A stretch of 62,971 nt of DNA, counting the filler, from Conidiobolus incongruus B7586 (Eukaryota): assembly GCA_000697335.1 (NCBI GenBank). It is 17 parts of 17 records of this genome, joined end to end, with 100 filler letters (N's around TTAATTAATTAA, not from the genome) between each part and the next. Parts side by side here need not be neighbours in the genome. Positions count along the whole stretch, not along the records: positions 24,998 to 28,505 come from JNEM01000066.1; positions 28,606 to 30,253 come from JNEM01000068.1; positions 30,354 to 33,406 come from JNEM01000069.1; positions 33,507 to 35,733 come from JNEM01000070.1; positions 35,834 to 55,267 come from JNEM01000071.1; 12 more parts are not named here. The stretch is one strand, 5' to 3'. Shown here piece after piece: positions 25,682 to 36,900 of the stretch (its first letter is position 1; every line of letters begins with the position of its first letter). Both the position numbers and the translations under genes were made by a program. The notes below the pieces were generated by a model. That model was not told the origin of the DNA, did no database searches, and saw only the letters and a list, made by a program, of their open reading frames with translations.

Positions 25682-25981
25682 TTAGTAGTAGTTACCTCCG
25701 TGGTGGCCTCCCCAGCCCCATTGTCTTCTGTAGTAGTTTCCACCATGGCGACCTCCCCAGCCCCATTGACGTCTGTAATAATTACCACCGTGATGACCTC
25801 CCCATCCCCATTGGCGTCTGTAGTAGTTACCACCATGATGGCCTCCCCAGTTGTTGTAGCCCCAACCACCATTAAAGAAGTTCTCCTCAGCTTCAGAGGC
25901 CAATTCGGCATTCTCAGACTCTGTAACAGGAGCAGCAGCGACCAAAGCAAAAGTGAAGATTAGAGATTTGAAATTGACCAT
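25682..25981 (-). CDS. Secreted Kex2-processed repeat peptide precursor (KEP): signal peptide, acidic pro-region, and RR-separated QWGWGG(H/R)HGGNYY repeats
   Basis: 99-aa ORF with a hydrophobic N-terminus (AAA|AP cleavage), 45-bp tandem units and RR at aa 55-56, 70-71 and 85-86. GC-rich coding island. TATAAATA on the minus strand at 26054-26047. Confidence 0.88.
   Translation of the reverse strand: MVNFKSLIFTFALVAAAPVTESENAELASEAEENFFNGGWGYNNWGGHHGGNYYRRQWGWGGHHGGNYYRRQWGWGGRHGGNYYRRQWGWGGHHGGNYY
25685..25849 (-). repeat. About 3.7 copies of a 45-bp coding tandem repeat
   Basis: Plus-strand units read gtaRtaRttWccWccRtgRYgRcctccccaKccccattg..tct and differ almost only at third codon positions. 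Confidence 0.92.
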
Positions 25982-27191
25982 ATTTGTTATTGATTAAATT
26001 GGATTAATACTTGATTTGATGATTAACTTAACAATACTACTCAGGGTATTTATATTAATAAGATTAAAGAACTGATTGGGATTCGCAATATAATCTCCAT
26101 AATGCCTAGAAATTGAACAATTTTGAAGTTTTAACTCCAACCTTATAATACAAACCAAATGAATGATTAAAATCCTAATTTATCAAATTTTCTCCAAACC
26201 TCCAAATTTTTTAATGATATAATTTTTGTAAATGAATTTTTTTGGATAAAGTGAATATTCTAATAGAAATAAAAATGTATGATAATTTAAAAACTCATTA
26301 TGTATAATAAGATCTTATAAAGCTTTCTAAACTACAGAATTACAGCTAACTCATTCATGTATCATATCTAGATTTATTATCTAAAGAAATCATTAAACTA
26401 AATAAGCTATTAAAAGGTCAAATTAAATTTACCAAATATTTAAAAAATATTTTAATTATAGTAATATTCATTAGTTACAAATACCAAACTAATATATTAA
26501 TGATATATTTACAAATTTAATAGTATTAAAAAAGTTGAATAAATTGAATATGACTGATTTGAAAGGATATTTTGTTATGAAATCAATAGAACGAATACAT
26601 AGAGCACTTCAAATTTAAATTGTAATGAATTCAATTAGCAATAGTAGCATAACTGGACTTGTATTTTGAAAAGTATACATTTTTATTAAAGTAATCTAAG
26701 ATTTCCAAAATATAGATCTTACAATTGTTTAATTCAATTTAATTTGGATTAATATATTTCTAATTAATATTTTTGAGTTAGCTTATTATTTTGTTGGAGT
26801 AAATTTTATAATATAATATAATTTTAAGTTACAAAATATTGTCTAATCCTTAAGTTTGATTTTAATTTGTTTTTTGACAATTTAATTTTTAAACTCAGAA
26901 TTCTAAAATTTTGGATTTGATCCCATAATATAAAAATACTAATGAATATATGAATAAAATCTGTTTAACAGTACTATTAAACCTTAAATAATCAAATCAT
27001 TTATTCAATAATTAAAATTAAATAATATATTAATATTATATAAACAAATTGATTATTTTCTATATTAATTATTTCAAATACATTTAAAAAATTTGCTTAA
27101 ACTGAGTTGTATACGAATTAATGTAATTAAAATTTTCAATTATATTTTATTCACATTAATCATATTCCTCTTAGTCCAATTAATTGTAAGG

Positions 27192-28505
27192 ATGACAGAA
27201 GTTGAAGAACCCCCTAAAGAAATTTGGTCAAATATTTTAAATACTGTAGCTACTTCCAAAGCTACTCCCACTAAAAATATCCTATTACTTGGTAAATTCC
27301 TCCCTAATAATCATTATTCGACTTCTAACGAACTATAGGTGAACCCAATAGTGGAAAATCGAGTTTGATAGATTTTTTCAAACATGAAAATATTTTGAAA
27401 GATAAGCAAGAAAATGACAATAATGAAGATTATCTTAAAGTTGAGGATAGTAACGAAATTAAAAATAATTTGGGATTGAATTACGATTTTGTTGATTTAA
27501 AAGATGAATTAGAAGGTGAATACTATTTTCAATATACTATTTTAATTTATATATAATTAATTGAGAATGTTAGATACAATTGGTCGTCTTAATTTCTTCG
27601 AATTAAGTGATACTCATGAACAATTTCACAACCTATTAAATCTCAGTTTAAATTTAAAAAATTATACTTCTACTATAGCTTGTATATTTTTGGATTGGAG
27701 TAAACCTTGGAACTTTATTCAAAATCTTCAGAAGTGGCTCACCTGCTTGGAGGTTGCCGTTTACAGCATTCAGGAGAGTGGTGGCGATGCTAGAAGTGAG
27801 GGTCAGAAGGATCGTTGGACCCTTGGCAAGCAGTTGGTTGATGAGGCTAAAGAAAAGTGTAATTTTAATGTATTCAATATATTGATGATTGGGTTTTAAT
27901 GAATTTTGCTCTTAGTACAGAGATCAATTCAAGAATTCAAAGAACCTACATCTGCTGAAAAGAAGTTGAATGCCATGAAATCTGATACTAACGGCTCTAC
28001 AGATCACTCTGTTTTATTACCTTTGGGTAATGGTTGTTTGACAATGAATTTGGGTATTCCTATTATTGTCATTTGTTCCAAGGTAATTCTTATACTATAT
28101 AACTACAATAATCATAATAATTAACAATTACTACAGTCTGATCAAATGAAAGTCATCGAAAGGGAAGGCAACTATAAAGAAGAAGAATTTGATTTTATTC
28201 AACAAACTTTGCGCACTACCTGCTTACAATGTAAAATTCATCGAACTTAAATAATATCTACAATTAATTAATTTGTAATTTGATAGATGGTGCATCTCTC
28301 ATTTACACATCCAACCAATCCAAAGCCAGTCTCAACCTTCTCAAGAATTACCTCTTGACAAAATCCTTCCCAACGACCAACAATATCTCAATCCTGCCCA
28401 ACTATTTAATGAATTACAACTTTAAGGCCCAAGTCGTCGATAGGGAAAAAGTGTTCATACCGGCGGGTTGGGACAGTTGGAACAAGATCCGAGTTTTGAG
28501 AGATA
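27192..28505 (+). CDS. Cytoplasmic dynein light intermediate chain, multi-exon, 3'-truncated
   Basis: IWSNILNTV..KNILLLG/EPNSGKSS (P-loop across intron 27292-27338), LDWSKPW, LPLGNGCLTMNLGIPIIVICSK, FDFIQQTLR..GASLIYTS and VFIPAGWDSWNKI. Confidence 0.93.
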
Positions 28506-28606
28506 NNNNNNNNNNNNNNNNNNNNNNNNNNNNNNNNNNNNNNNNNNNNTTAATTAATTAANNNNNNNNNNNNNNNNNNNNNNNNNNNNNNNNNNNNNNN
28601 NNNNNG

Positions 28607-28810
28607 ATTTTCGCTGATCCTGAAGTCGTCTCAAAAACTAAAATGAACATTTCCAATCTTAGTATGGTATTTGGGCCTAGTTTCCTGAGAAATCCCAGTG
28701 AAAATCTCACCGAAGTACTGGATAAGGCACCGAAAGAGAGGGATTTCCTAGCCTGCTTAATTCAGCATTACTATCCTGAGGGTGAGAAGACAAGAGATTT
28801 TTTCTTGTAA
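28607..28810 (+). CDS. RhoGAP domain protein, C-terminal fragment (ARHGAP39-like); not in the ORF track
   Basis: Translates as IFADPEVVSKTKMNISNLSMVFGPSFLRNPSENLTEVLDKAPKERDFLACLIQHYY...*, containing the RhoGAP KM..NL..VFGP.LR motif. Confidence 0.85.
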   Translation: MFADPEVVSKTKMNISNLSMVFGPSFLRNPSENLTEVLDKAPKERDFLACLIQHYYPEGEKTRDFFL

Positions 28811-29919
28811 ATTGTGTTGAAATTATTCAATATGGCCCAATATTAATGCATCATCATGTAAAATTATACACATTCACCATTCCGTTCTACTTCATTCTAA
28901 GCTGATAACTAACCTCATTATCTTTAAATTTTTATATGAAACCCGCCTAGCTAACACTAATTCTCCTATTCAATTAATCTTGTCAATATTTTATCTTTAC
29001 TCTCTTCATTTTCATTGATCTGGTATCAAACTAACAAGATAATTTATTCTATTCTATACCTATAATAATATGTCATTAAATTATACATCAATATACCTCA
29101 CTATCAATTTTGAATTATACATAACTTATTCTGATTTGTTTGGAATAAATTACTATTAATCTTAAATTATGTTCATATATTTATCATTGTATCAAGTTAA
29201 AAGAATTCTATTTAACAAAGTGATGATTTAATAGTTTGATTCAATAAAACCTATTAACACAATTACTTTGATATTATTGACATTCTTACCATTATTAATT
29301 AATTGATAAATTTATTAAGAGATTTTTATTAATCTGAGGAATATATCAGTTATCGATGCTAAAAAATCCGATTAATACTATCTACTTTGAACTTTAACTA
29401 CTTTTGTCCATCATTATATTATCAATATTATTTAGCAAAATTCCTATACATTTTAATATTAATATTATAAATACTATTGATATTTCCAGATCAAAACTTG
29501 GACTAGTAATTTTAACAATTTATTCAAAAAATATGATAATTTGATGATATTAGAACTAAATAAGGTTGTGTAAAAATATTTAATCTTAATTTTAATCCTT
29601 GAGATTTTATTAAAATAACTAATAATAATCAAATGGTGACTTTTTGTTTTTCCATGATTTAATACTAAGGTTGATGAAACTATTAATTATATGATTGATT
29701 ACTATTTACTAAATTTCTAAATTGATTATAAATTTACTAAGAATTGGTGAATTTATTAATTTATGGTTTTTCAAACATATTATTGGCTTTAAAAATAAAT
29801 TATGTTTAAAATATATAACAAAGTTAATATTTTCATTATATATGTATATTTATTTATAATTATTTTTTCATTAAAATATTTTTATTTAAAAATTTAAGGT
29901 TGAATTTAATAATGTTTAA

Positions 29920-30253
29920 TCTAGATTATAGTCATCAAGTTTTTTATTTTAGTCAAATTAAAACTTAAACCATAAACCCTGTAAAAATCCATTAGAATTT
30001 GTAGACAATTTAAAAAATTAATGATTTATCTAAAACTACTATTTATTACCTAATTTATTACTCTAAAGTTTAAAATTATTTATAATTTAAAAAATTAAAT
30101 TTTTATCATAATTCTTTTACTTATTAATAAAAAAAATATATTAAAAACCATCCTTTTATTTAAATTACCAAATTATCTAAGCAATTAAATATTAATTATA
30201 TAAATATATTATATATGCTAAAATTTGAATTTATATTAATCAATAAAAATATA
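29920..30253 (+). repeat. Degenerate dispersed repeat (transposon remnant); other copies at ~35220-35470 and ~53950-54300
   Basis: All copies share the core ccataaaccYtKtaaa and collinear flanks; ttttacttattaataaaa and aatattaattatataa are shared by the 29.9k and 54k copies. Confidence 0.65.
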
Positions 30254-30353
30254 NNNNNNNNNNNNNNNNNNNNNNNNNNNNNNNNNNNNNNNNNNNNTTA
30301 ATTAATTAANNNNNNNNNNNNNNNNNNNNNNNNNNNNNNNNNNNNNNNNNNNN

Positions 30354-30774
30354 TCACGCCAAGATGCATTTAAGGGATCACGTACGCCAGGACGATGTTG
30401 ATTTCGCCATCTCCACATTCCTTAACTCCTTCATCGGCTGCCAAAAGGTCAGTATCTCTAAACTCCTCAGTCGTGCACTCTCGAAATACTTGCACAGGGG
30501 TCGCGATCGCACCGATCTCTTGTCGGCCTTACTCAACAGACTCGTCAAAGAAAGTGTCCATCTGTACGCGATGACACATATGTCACAGGACGTGAACCAA
30601 ACACGACCCGATGTGGTCACTATCCCTATATCGGATTTTGAAGCTAGAGCCAGAGAATTGGGTGTCACACACAATCAGATTCAAAGCTTCCTCAATCCTG
30701 ATAATCTTAACAAACTTCAATTCACATTAACCCAACAAGATGGAACGAATGTGTTGATGAAGAGATGGCAGTAA
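30354..30774 (+). CDS. MCM2: DNA replication licensing factor MCM2, C-terminal fragment
   Basis: HAKMHLRDHVRQDDVDFAI..FLNSFIGCQKVS..L.R.LSKYL..RD..DLL..LL..LVKE matches the MCM2 C-terminus. Confidence 0.88.
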
Positions 30775-30999
30775 CTTTTAGGCTTTTAATATATTTTTAG
30801 TGGAGTAATAATAAATAAAATAATATGATTACAACTAGTTAGATAGAGCATCCCAAATTTCCATTTAACTTGATTTCCAATTTTGAAAGATCTATTAAAA
30901 TTACCATATCAATAAGGTGTATCATAAATTATATGGAATATTTAGATTTAATTTTTAATAATTAAATTTGTTAATATTAATATTAATTTATTTAAAATG

Positions 31000-32560
31000 A
31001 TATATGATATAATAATCCGGTTGATATTTTGTAACTATCATGCCTAAAAATATCATTTTAGAACAAAAGGCTTTGAGCAAATTTTCAAAATACAATTAAC
31101 AGAATTTACCTTGAATACTACATCTATTGAAGATATGGTTCAAAATAGTGTTAATTTTCATGTAGAAGATCTACGAGATACTTATCTTCTAATGTTGTCA
31201 GATTTTAATACTGATAATCCCAATGAATTGCTATTATTAATAGTTAAACTTATCAATCTCTAACTGATTCCAAGAATACTGATCATCTGTTGTTTTCATA
31301 TCATTTAGAGTCTAGGAAGATGAAGTATTACAATGCTGATATCATGGCTTCTCATCAGTTTGGAAGCTTCCCTCGATCTGGTTACACTATTACTGCTTCC
31401 TGAGCTCATCAAGAAGATAATATTAAATACATCACCATACATATATATATATATATATATTTAGAGGGTTTACTTTTAAAGATCGACTTAAGGGACCAAC
31501 AATGAGCAATTAATTTGATTGATATGATGTTAACACTAAAAAATTAAAAATTTTAATAGCCATTATTGCAAGACACAAGGTTCCACCAATGGGATATTAT
31601 GTAGTATTAATTAAAAATCGATATATCTAAATGCTAGGTGGATAGAGAGTACTAGAAGGTAATTAAAATGATCAATTAGCGAATTATTTATCTTTTTAAT
31701 TTTATTAAAATAGCTATTAGTCTAGATAGTCAGAATAATTCTTAGGCATTAATAGAAACATCTTCAGGCATTATGGATAAAAATATTAGTTTTACAAATA
31801 TGTATAATTTAATAGGATTTTCCGTTCAATATTATAGTGAAACGATTATAATTTTTGGAGGTGTGTGTGAAAGCAATAAGATTATTCAACTGACATCAGT
31901 TATGATTCTAATGAAACTATTATGGAATATAATATTCGATCAAGGACATGGGGTTTCTAAAAATTTTTAATTTTCAAGGTAAAAGCTCAACGATTATTTT
32001 ATGAGTCTTGCTGAGAGTATCATTTACAATAATTAAATGTTTTTAATTGATGGAGTGAGATCGAAGGACGCACCATCTTCATTATATATAAATGTGCTTG
32101 ATTGGATTACTAGTAGAATTACAAATACTGAAAAATTAGAAGGAGGTAATAAAGATTCGAACATTTACTGATTATCTTTCTCACCACATAATAATTCGTT
32201 TCCAATATTAGGGATTGTGTTTATCATCACCAAAACAGTAATTACTATTCACACTATCGCATTCATATTGTACTGGAAGTAGCTTATAAAGACTTCATAT
32301 AAATTAATTTGGACAAGATATAAATTTTTAATATCAACTCAATCCCAATATTTTCATCCTTATTACCGATAAATTACGTTTTATTCAAAAATTAGAAAAC
32401 TGACAAAAGCTACTAACAACTCAAAATGGTCAATCATAGATTATCCCATTTTGAGGCAAAGGAAGGTATGAATTAATATTTAAGCTCTGATATAATACTT
32501 GAATACAATTTAGTTATTGAAACAATTTTGGATTTTCAAAAAATATTACACATTGAAGAT
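31000..32560 (+). pseudogene. Degraded kelch/galactose-oxidase-repeat membrane protein gene; boundaries approximate
   Basis: Fragmentary kelch-like motifs in shifting frames: FPRSGYTITA (~31368), GYYVVLIKNRYI*MLGG (~31592), GFSVQYYSETIIIFGG (~31816) and NN*MFLIDG (~32028). A hydrophobic segment follows at ~32205-32280. Many stops, plus a (TA)n tract at 31441. Confidence 0.55.
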
Positions 32561-33506
32561 ATAGTATCCAACCTATAAAACATTGTGTTTAAATCATATC
32601 ATTATATATTAACCTGTAGCTTATATTACATATATTTCCACAGATAAGTTTCAATAAACATTAAGAATTATTGATAAATTAATTATATTCGTCGAATATA
32701 AATTTCATAACTATTACTTTTAATTTAAATTGATTTAAAGTCTAATTGCAATCAACCTTCAAACTAATTATAAGAACTGATTATTTGATATAATAAATAT
32801 GGTTATAAGTTTAACTGTTTAATTTACCTATAAAGTAATATTTTTCACCGTGTTATTTAGTGCTCTTATTTTTGTCTTAAAATAATAATGGACTGAAATT
32901 TACTTAAAAAATGGACTAATCAAGAGATTTTTAATTATATTTAATACAAAATGAATTAACTATGCTAAATTGAATTAAATTAAACAAATGTTTTTAGTAA
33001 TATATATTTATATAGTTTATAAAGCAATTTTGACATTATATCAAAACTACATTAAGAAATAAGTACTTTTCAAAGTAGTTTCAAATATTCAAATTATAAA
33101 TTGATAAAATCTTTAATGTTTTAAAACTTTATATTTTCAACTATAAATAGGTACTACATGCTGAATTTTATTTTATATTAGATAATATATACAAAATTCT
33201 AAAAACCTAAATGCCTAGTGGTGAATTTAATAGGTATAACAAAAATTTCATTTTAAATTAATATTGATTATATTTTTATAATACCAATATATATCAATTT
33301 AAAATTTCTTTATTTTAATATTATTATAAAATTAAAGAAATGGGAAATTTTTTAATTTCTGATTTTTTAAACTTATTATTAGTTTTGAATAATAAAAAAT
33401 ATATAANNNNNNNNNNNNNNNNNNNNNNNNNNNNNNNNNNNNNNNNNNNNTTAATTAATTAANNNNNNNNNNNNNNNNNNNNNNNNNNNNNNNNNNNNNN
33501 NNNNNN

Positions 33507-33915
33507 GACTCTACTGTCACTTGGATTCCTGTGAATACTGCAGCCGATGCTATTATTGAGATTGGAAGTCAAGATCAAACCACTCAAAACTCATTTGCTC
33601 ATATTATCAATCCTTTACAATATGATTGGAAGATTATTTACAATGCTCTTAAAACATATGGAATGGAATTCCAAGTTGTACCAGTTCAAGAGTTCATCAC
33701 CCAGCTTAAAACCAACCCAAAATTCCAAAATGCAGATGATAATCCTGCTGCCACTTTAACTGATTTCTTTGATAATGTCTTCTTGTCAGGTCATGGCACT
33801 AGAAACCGAATTGACTAAATTATCTTCCCCATCCATTGTTAAATGTCCTGCTTTAAACAGTGATCTAATGATGAAATATTTGAGATTCTGGACATCACAA
33901 AGATTAATTCAATGA
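33507..33915 (+). CDS. C-terminal thioester-reductase (NAD-binding) tail of an NRPS-like/carboxylic-acid reductase, with a frameshift near 33785-33800
   Basis: VTWIPVNTAADAIIE...HIINP...W...NPAATLTDFF in one frame. LETELTKLSSPSIVKCPALNSDLMMKYLRFW..* continues in the +1 frame to TGA at 33913-33915. Confidence 0.72.
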
Positions 33916-36900
33916 TGAAACAATTTTCTAATATATTTAGTAAATATTTTTATTTCATACACTCTTTCAATTAATTAGCTTTTAAAGTACTAAATTATTA
34001 TAAATAATAATTTTCAACTTTGCATAATAATCTCATATTTAATTATATTTAGTAATTTCATATATGAAAAAAAATTTAATTAAATTATGGATAAAATTTT
34101 ATTAATTCGATTTAAGAATCACTATATATAAAAATCGACTCAATTATACAGGTCTTAAATATCGAATTAATCAAAATGTTCAAAATTAAATTTTAAAACA
34201 ATGCTTCTACATTGTTTCTGAATACAATATTCAATAATTTCGTAATCGATATATATATTAATAGAATTTTATTCAATCATTATTTCATCAAACGGTTTAA
34301 AATACAATTGTTTAAAATAATATATTGATTTTGTGGTTTATTTTGGAAACAGATGCATGCGCAATTAATTCACGTTTCATATGTCATTGTTTTTATACAA
34401 TCTTTGATGTATTATATATTCATTATTTCTTTATTTTTAATAATAACTGATATTTTTAAATTATCATCATTATTATAATACTATATTTATTCTTGTGTTT
34501 TCTATATTAAATATTTTTATATAACTGATTTTATTGTTAAGCTTACGTGATGTAAGGTGTTGATACCAACTCCATTTCAATACTCTTCCGATGAATATAA
34601 TAAAAATTATATTTTAATGTTATAATTTACGTTTACTAACCAAAAATTCAAGATGTATAAATCATTAATTGCTCAAATAACTATAAAAAATTATTATATA
34701 TAATTTCACAATATTTTACATTGAATAGAGTTAACTCAAGCTATATATACGGTAATTTCTTAAGTATAATATTAACTAAATGAACATAATAAATAATTAC
34801 CAATACAATATTAATAAATTCAATATTTATTTAATGGATCTTGATTTGTTTATAATTAAATTATAAAAAATATGCAAATCATATCTTGATGCAATGGTAC
34901 AGAGTTTTAGAGAATATAATATATTGGTATAAATATTATCTATTTTATTGCATTTTGTAAATCAATATGAAATACAATATTAAATGAGAAAGAATTCTTT
35001 TATATATTTTGATATTTAAAATAATAATATATCATTATTACTGAACTAAAAAAATGTGAAAATTTTTCATTATTGATTTTTCAAATATATAATTGTTTTT
35101 ATAATAAAAATTTTATATAAAATAAATAAAAAATAAATAATTTCAAAAAATATTTATTTATTATTGGAGGATGTAATTTTTATTAAAAAATTAAGTTTTG
35201 AAATTCATTGTTTATAATAACTAAGCTTAAATAAAATAATGATCTTAAAAAGCCTTATATTTTAATATAAATAAAACTTATCCATAAACCTTGTAAAGCT
35301 ATATAAAATTTATAAATATCTTACAAAAATAAAGTTTTATATAAATTAGCTATTTATTCCTAGGTAAATTATTTTTAACTTAAAAGAAAAACTATCCGAA
35401 ACTTACCAAAATTATAAAATTATATTTAACTATTACTCTTGTGATTATGAGTATATTAAAAAAATTATACCTTTCAATATATTTTTAATCGAAAAGATAG
35501 TAAAATATTTCAATATTAGTTCTATAAATATAGATTAAATCAGTAAATAGATATATAAAATAGATACTTATAATTATATTAAAATACAAAATAAGCAAGA
35601 TTAATTAAAATTCGATATAAATTTCTAAAATATAATTAAAATTTAAATTAGTATAATAAATTATTATAATTTATAAAATATATATTCTGATATATATTTT
35701 TTAATTTAAATTTAATATAAAGTCATAAGTTAANNNNNNNNNNNNNNNNNNNNNNNNNNNNNNNNNNNNNNNNNNNNTTAATTAATTAANNNNNNNNNNN
35801 NNNNNNNNNNNNNNNNNNNNNNNNNNNNNNNNNTAATTAATTATAGTTAAAGATGAAGACTATTATAAAAAAATATTTTAATAAATAATATATTTAATAA
35901 TAATTATATTTCTCTCATAAAATAATATATAATTTGATTATTTATATAATGACTTTTTTCAACTAAAAAAATGCTTATGTTTTATATCTATATTTTTAAA
36001 TAATTATTAAAATTATGATAATTACTTAAATTTTAATTTATTTTAACATAAATATCAAAGTGAAATATCATCTTATATTGTATTTTTATAAATTATCCAA
36101 AATTTGATTATTGAAATAATTACAGATATGGAATGAACTTTGTTTTATTACTTATATAATCAAAAGCTTGGAATAATCAAAATTATATAATATTTAAATA
36201 TTTTATTATATTTTATATAGTATAATAATCTAATTAAAATTAAATAACTTTTATTCAACTCTTAATATAAAATTATAAAATTGATAAAAATTAATAAATT
36301 TTAAAATAAAGTGAATTACTAGATAAAAATAGCTATATTTAGAATCAATATATTATAAAAACTTTGAATAATATCCTAAATTTATAGACAAGAAATTTGA
36401 GTAAAATATTGAATATTAATATGGAATTAATATCTTACTAAACGGAGTTATTCAAAATAATGGTTATTAATATCCATGACATTAATAATACTTAAATAAT
36501 CGTTAAAAGATGTTTAACTAAGAAAGAACAAATGATTTGTGAATCTTTGTAATAATATAATATATCCGTTGGATACTCAAGAATGTTTGATATCAGATAT
36601 TTGTATTTATAAAAAAGAATGGCTCAAATTTTCATTGCGATTTAGCCAAGAGTTCATTTGTCAAAATTTTCAAAATTTGATGTATAATTTTATTTTAAGG
36701 TATTTTAACTGATACTTTGGTGAATAAATTTATATATACACCCTTTTCAAAGATTTTGAATTACTTATTTTAATGGATATTGATTAAGTTCCCTAGACTT
36801 TATTAAAATACTTTATAATTATATATATTTACCAAATAAAAATAATTGAAAAAGTTATGATTTCATCAATAGTATGATAAAATGAGCTTTCATTGTACTC

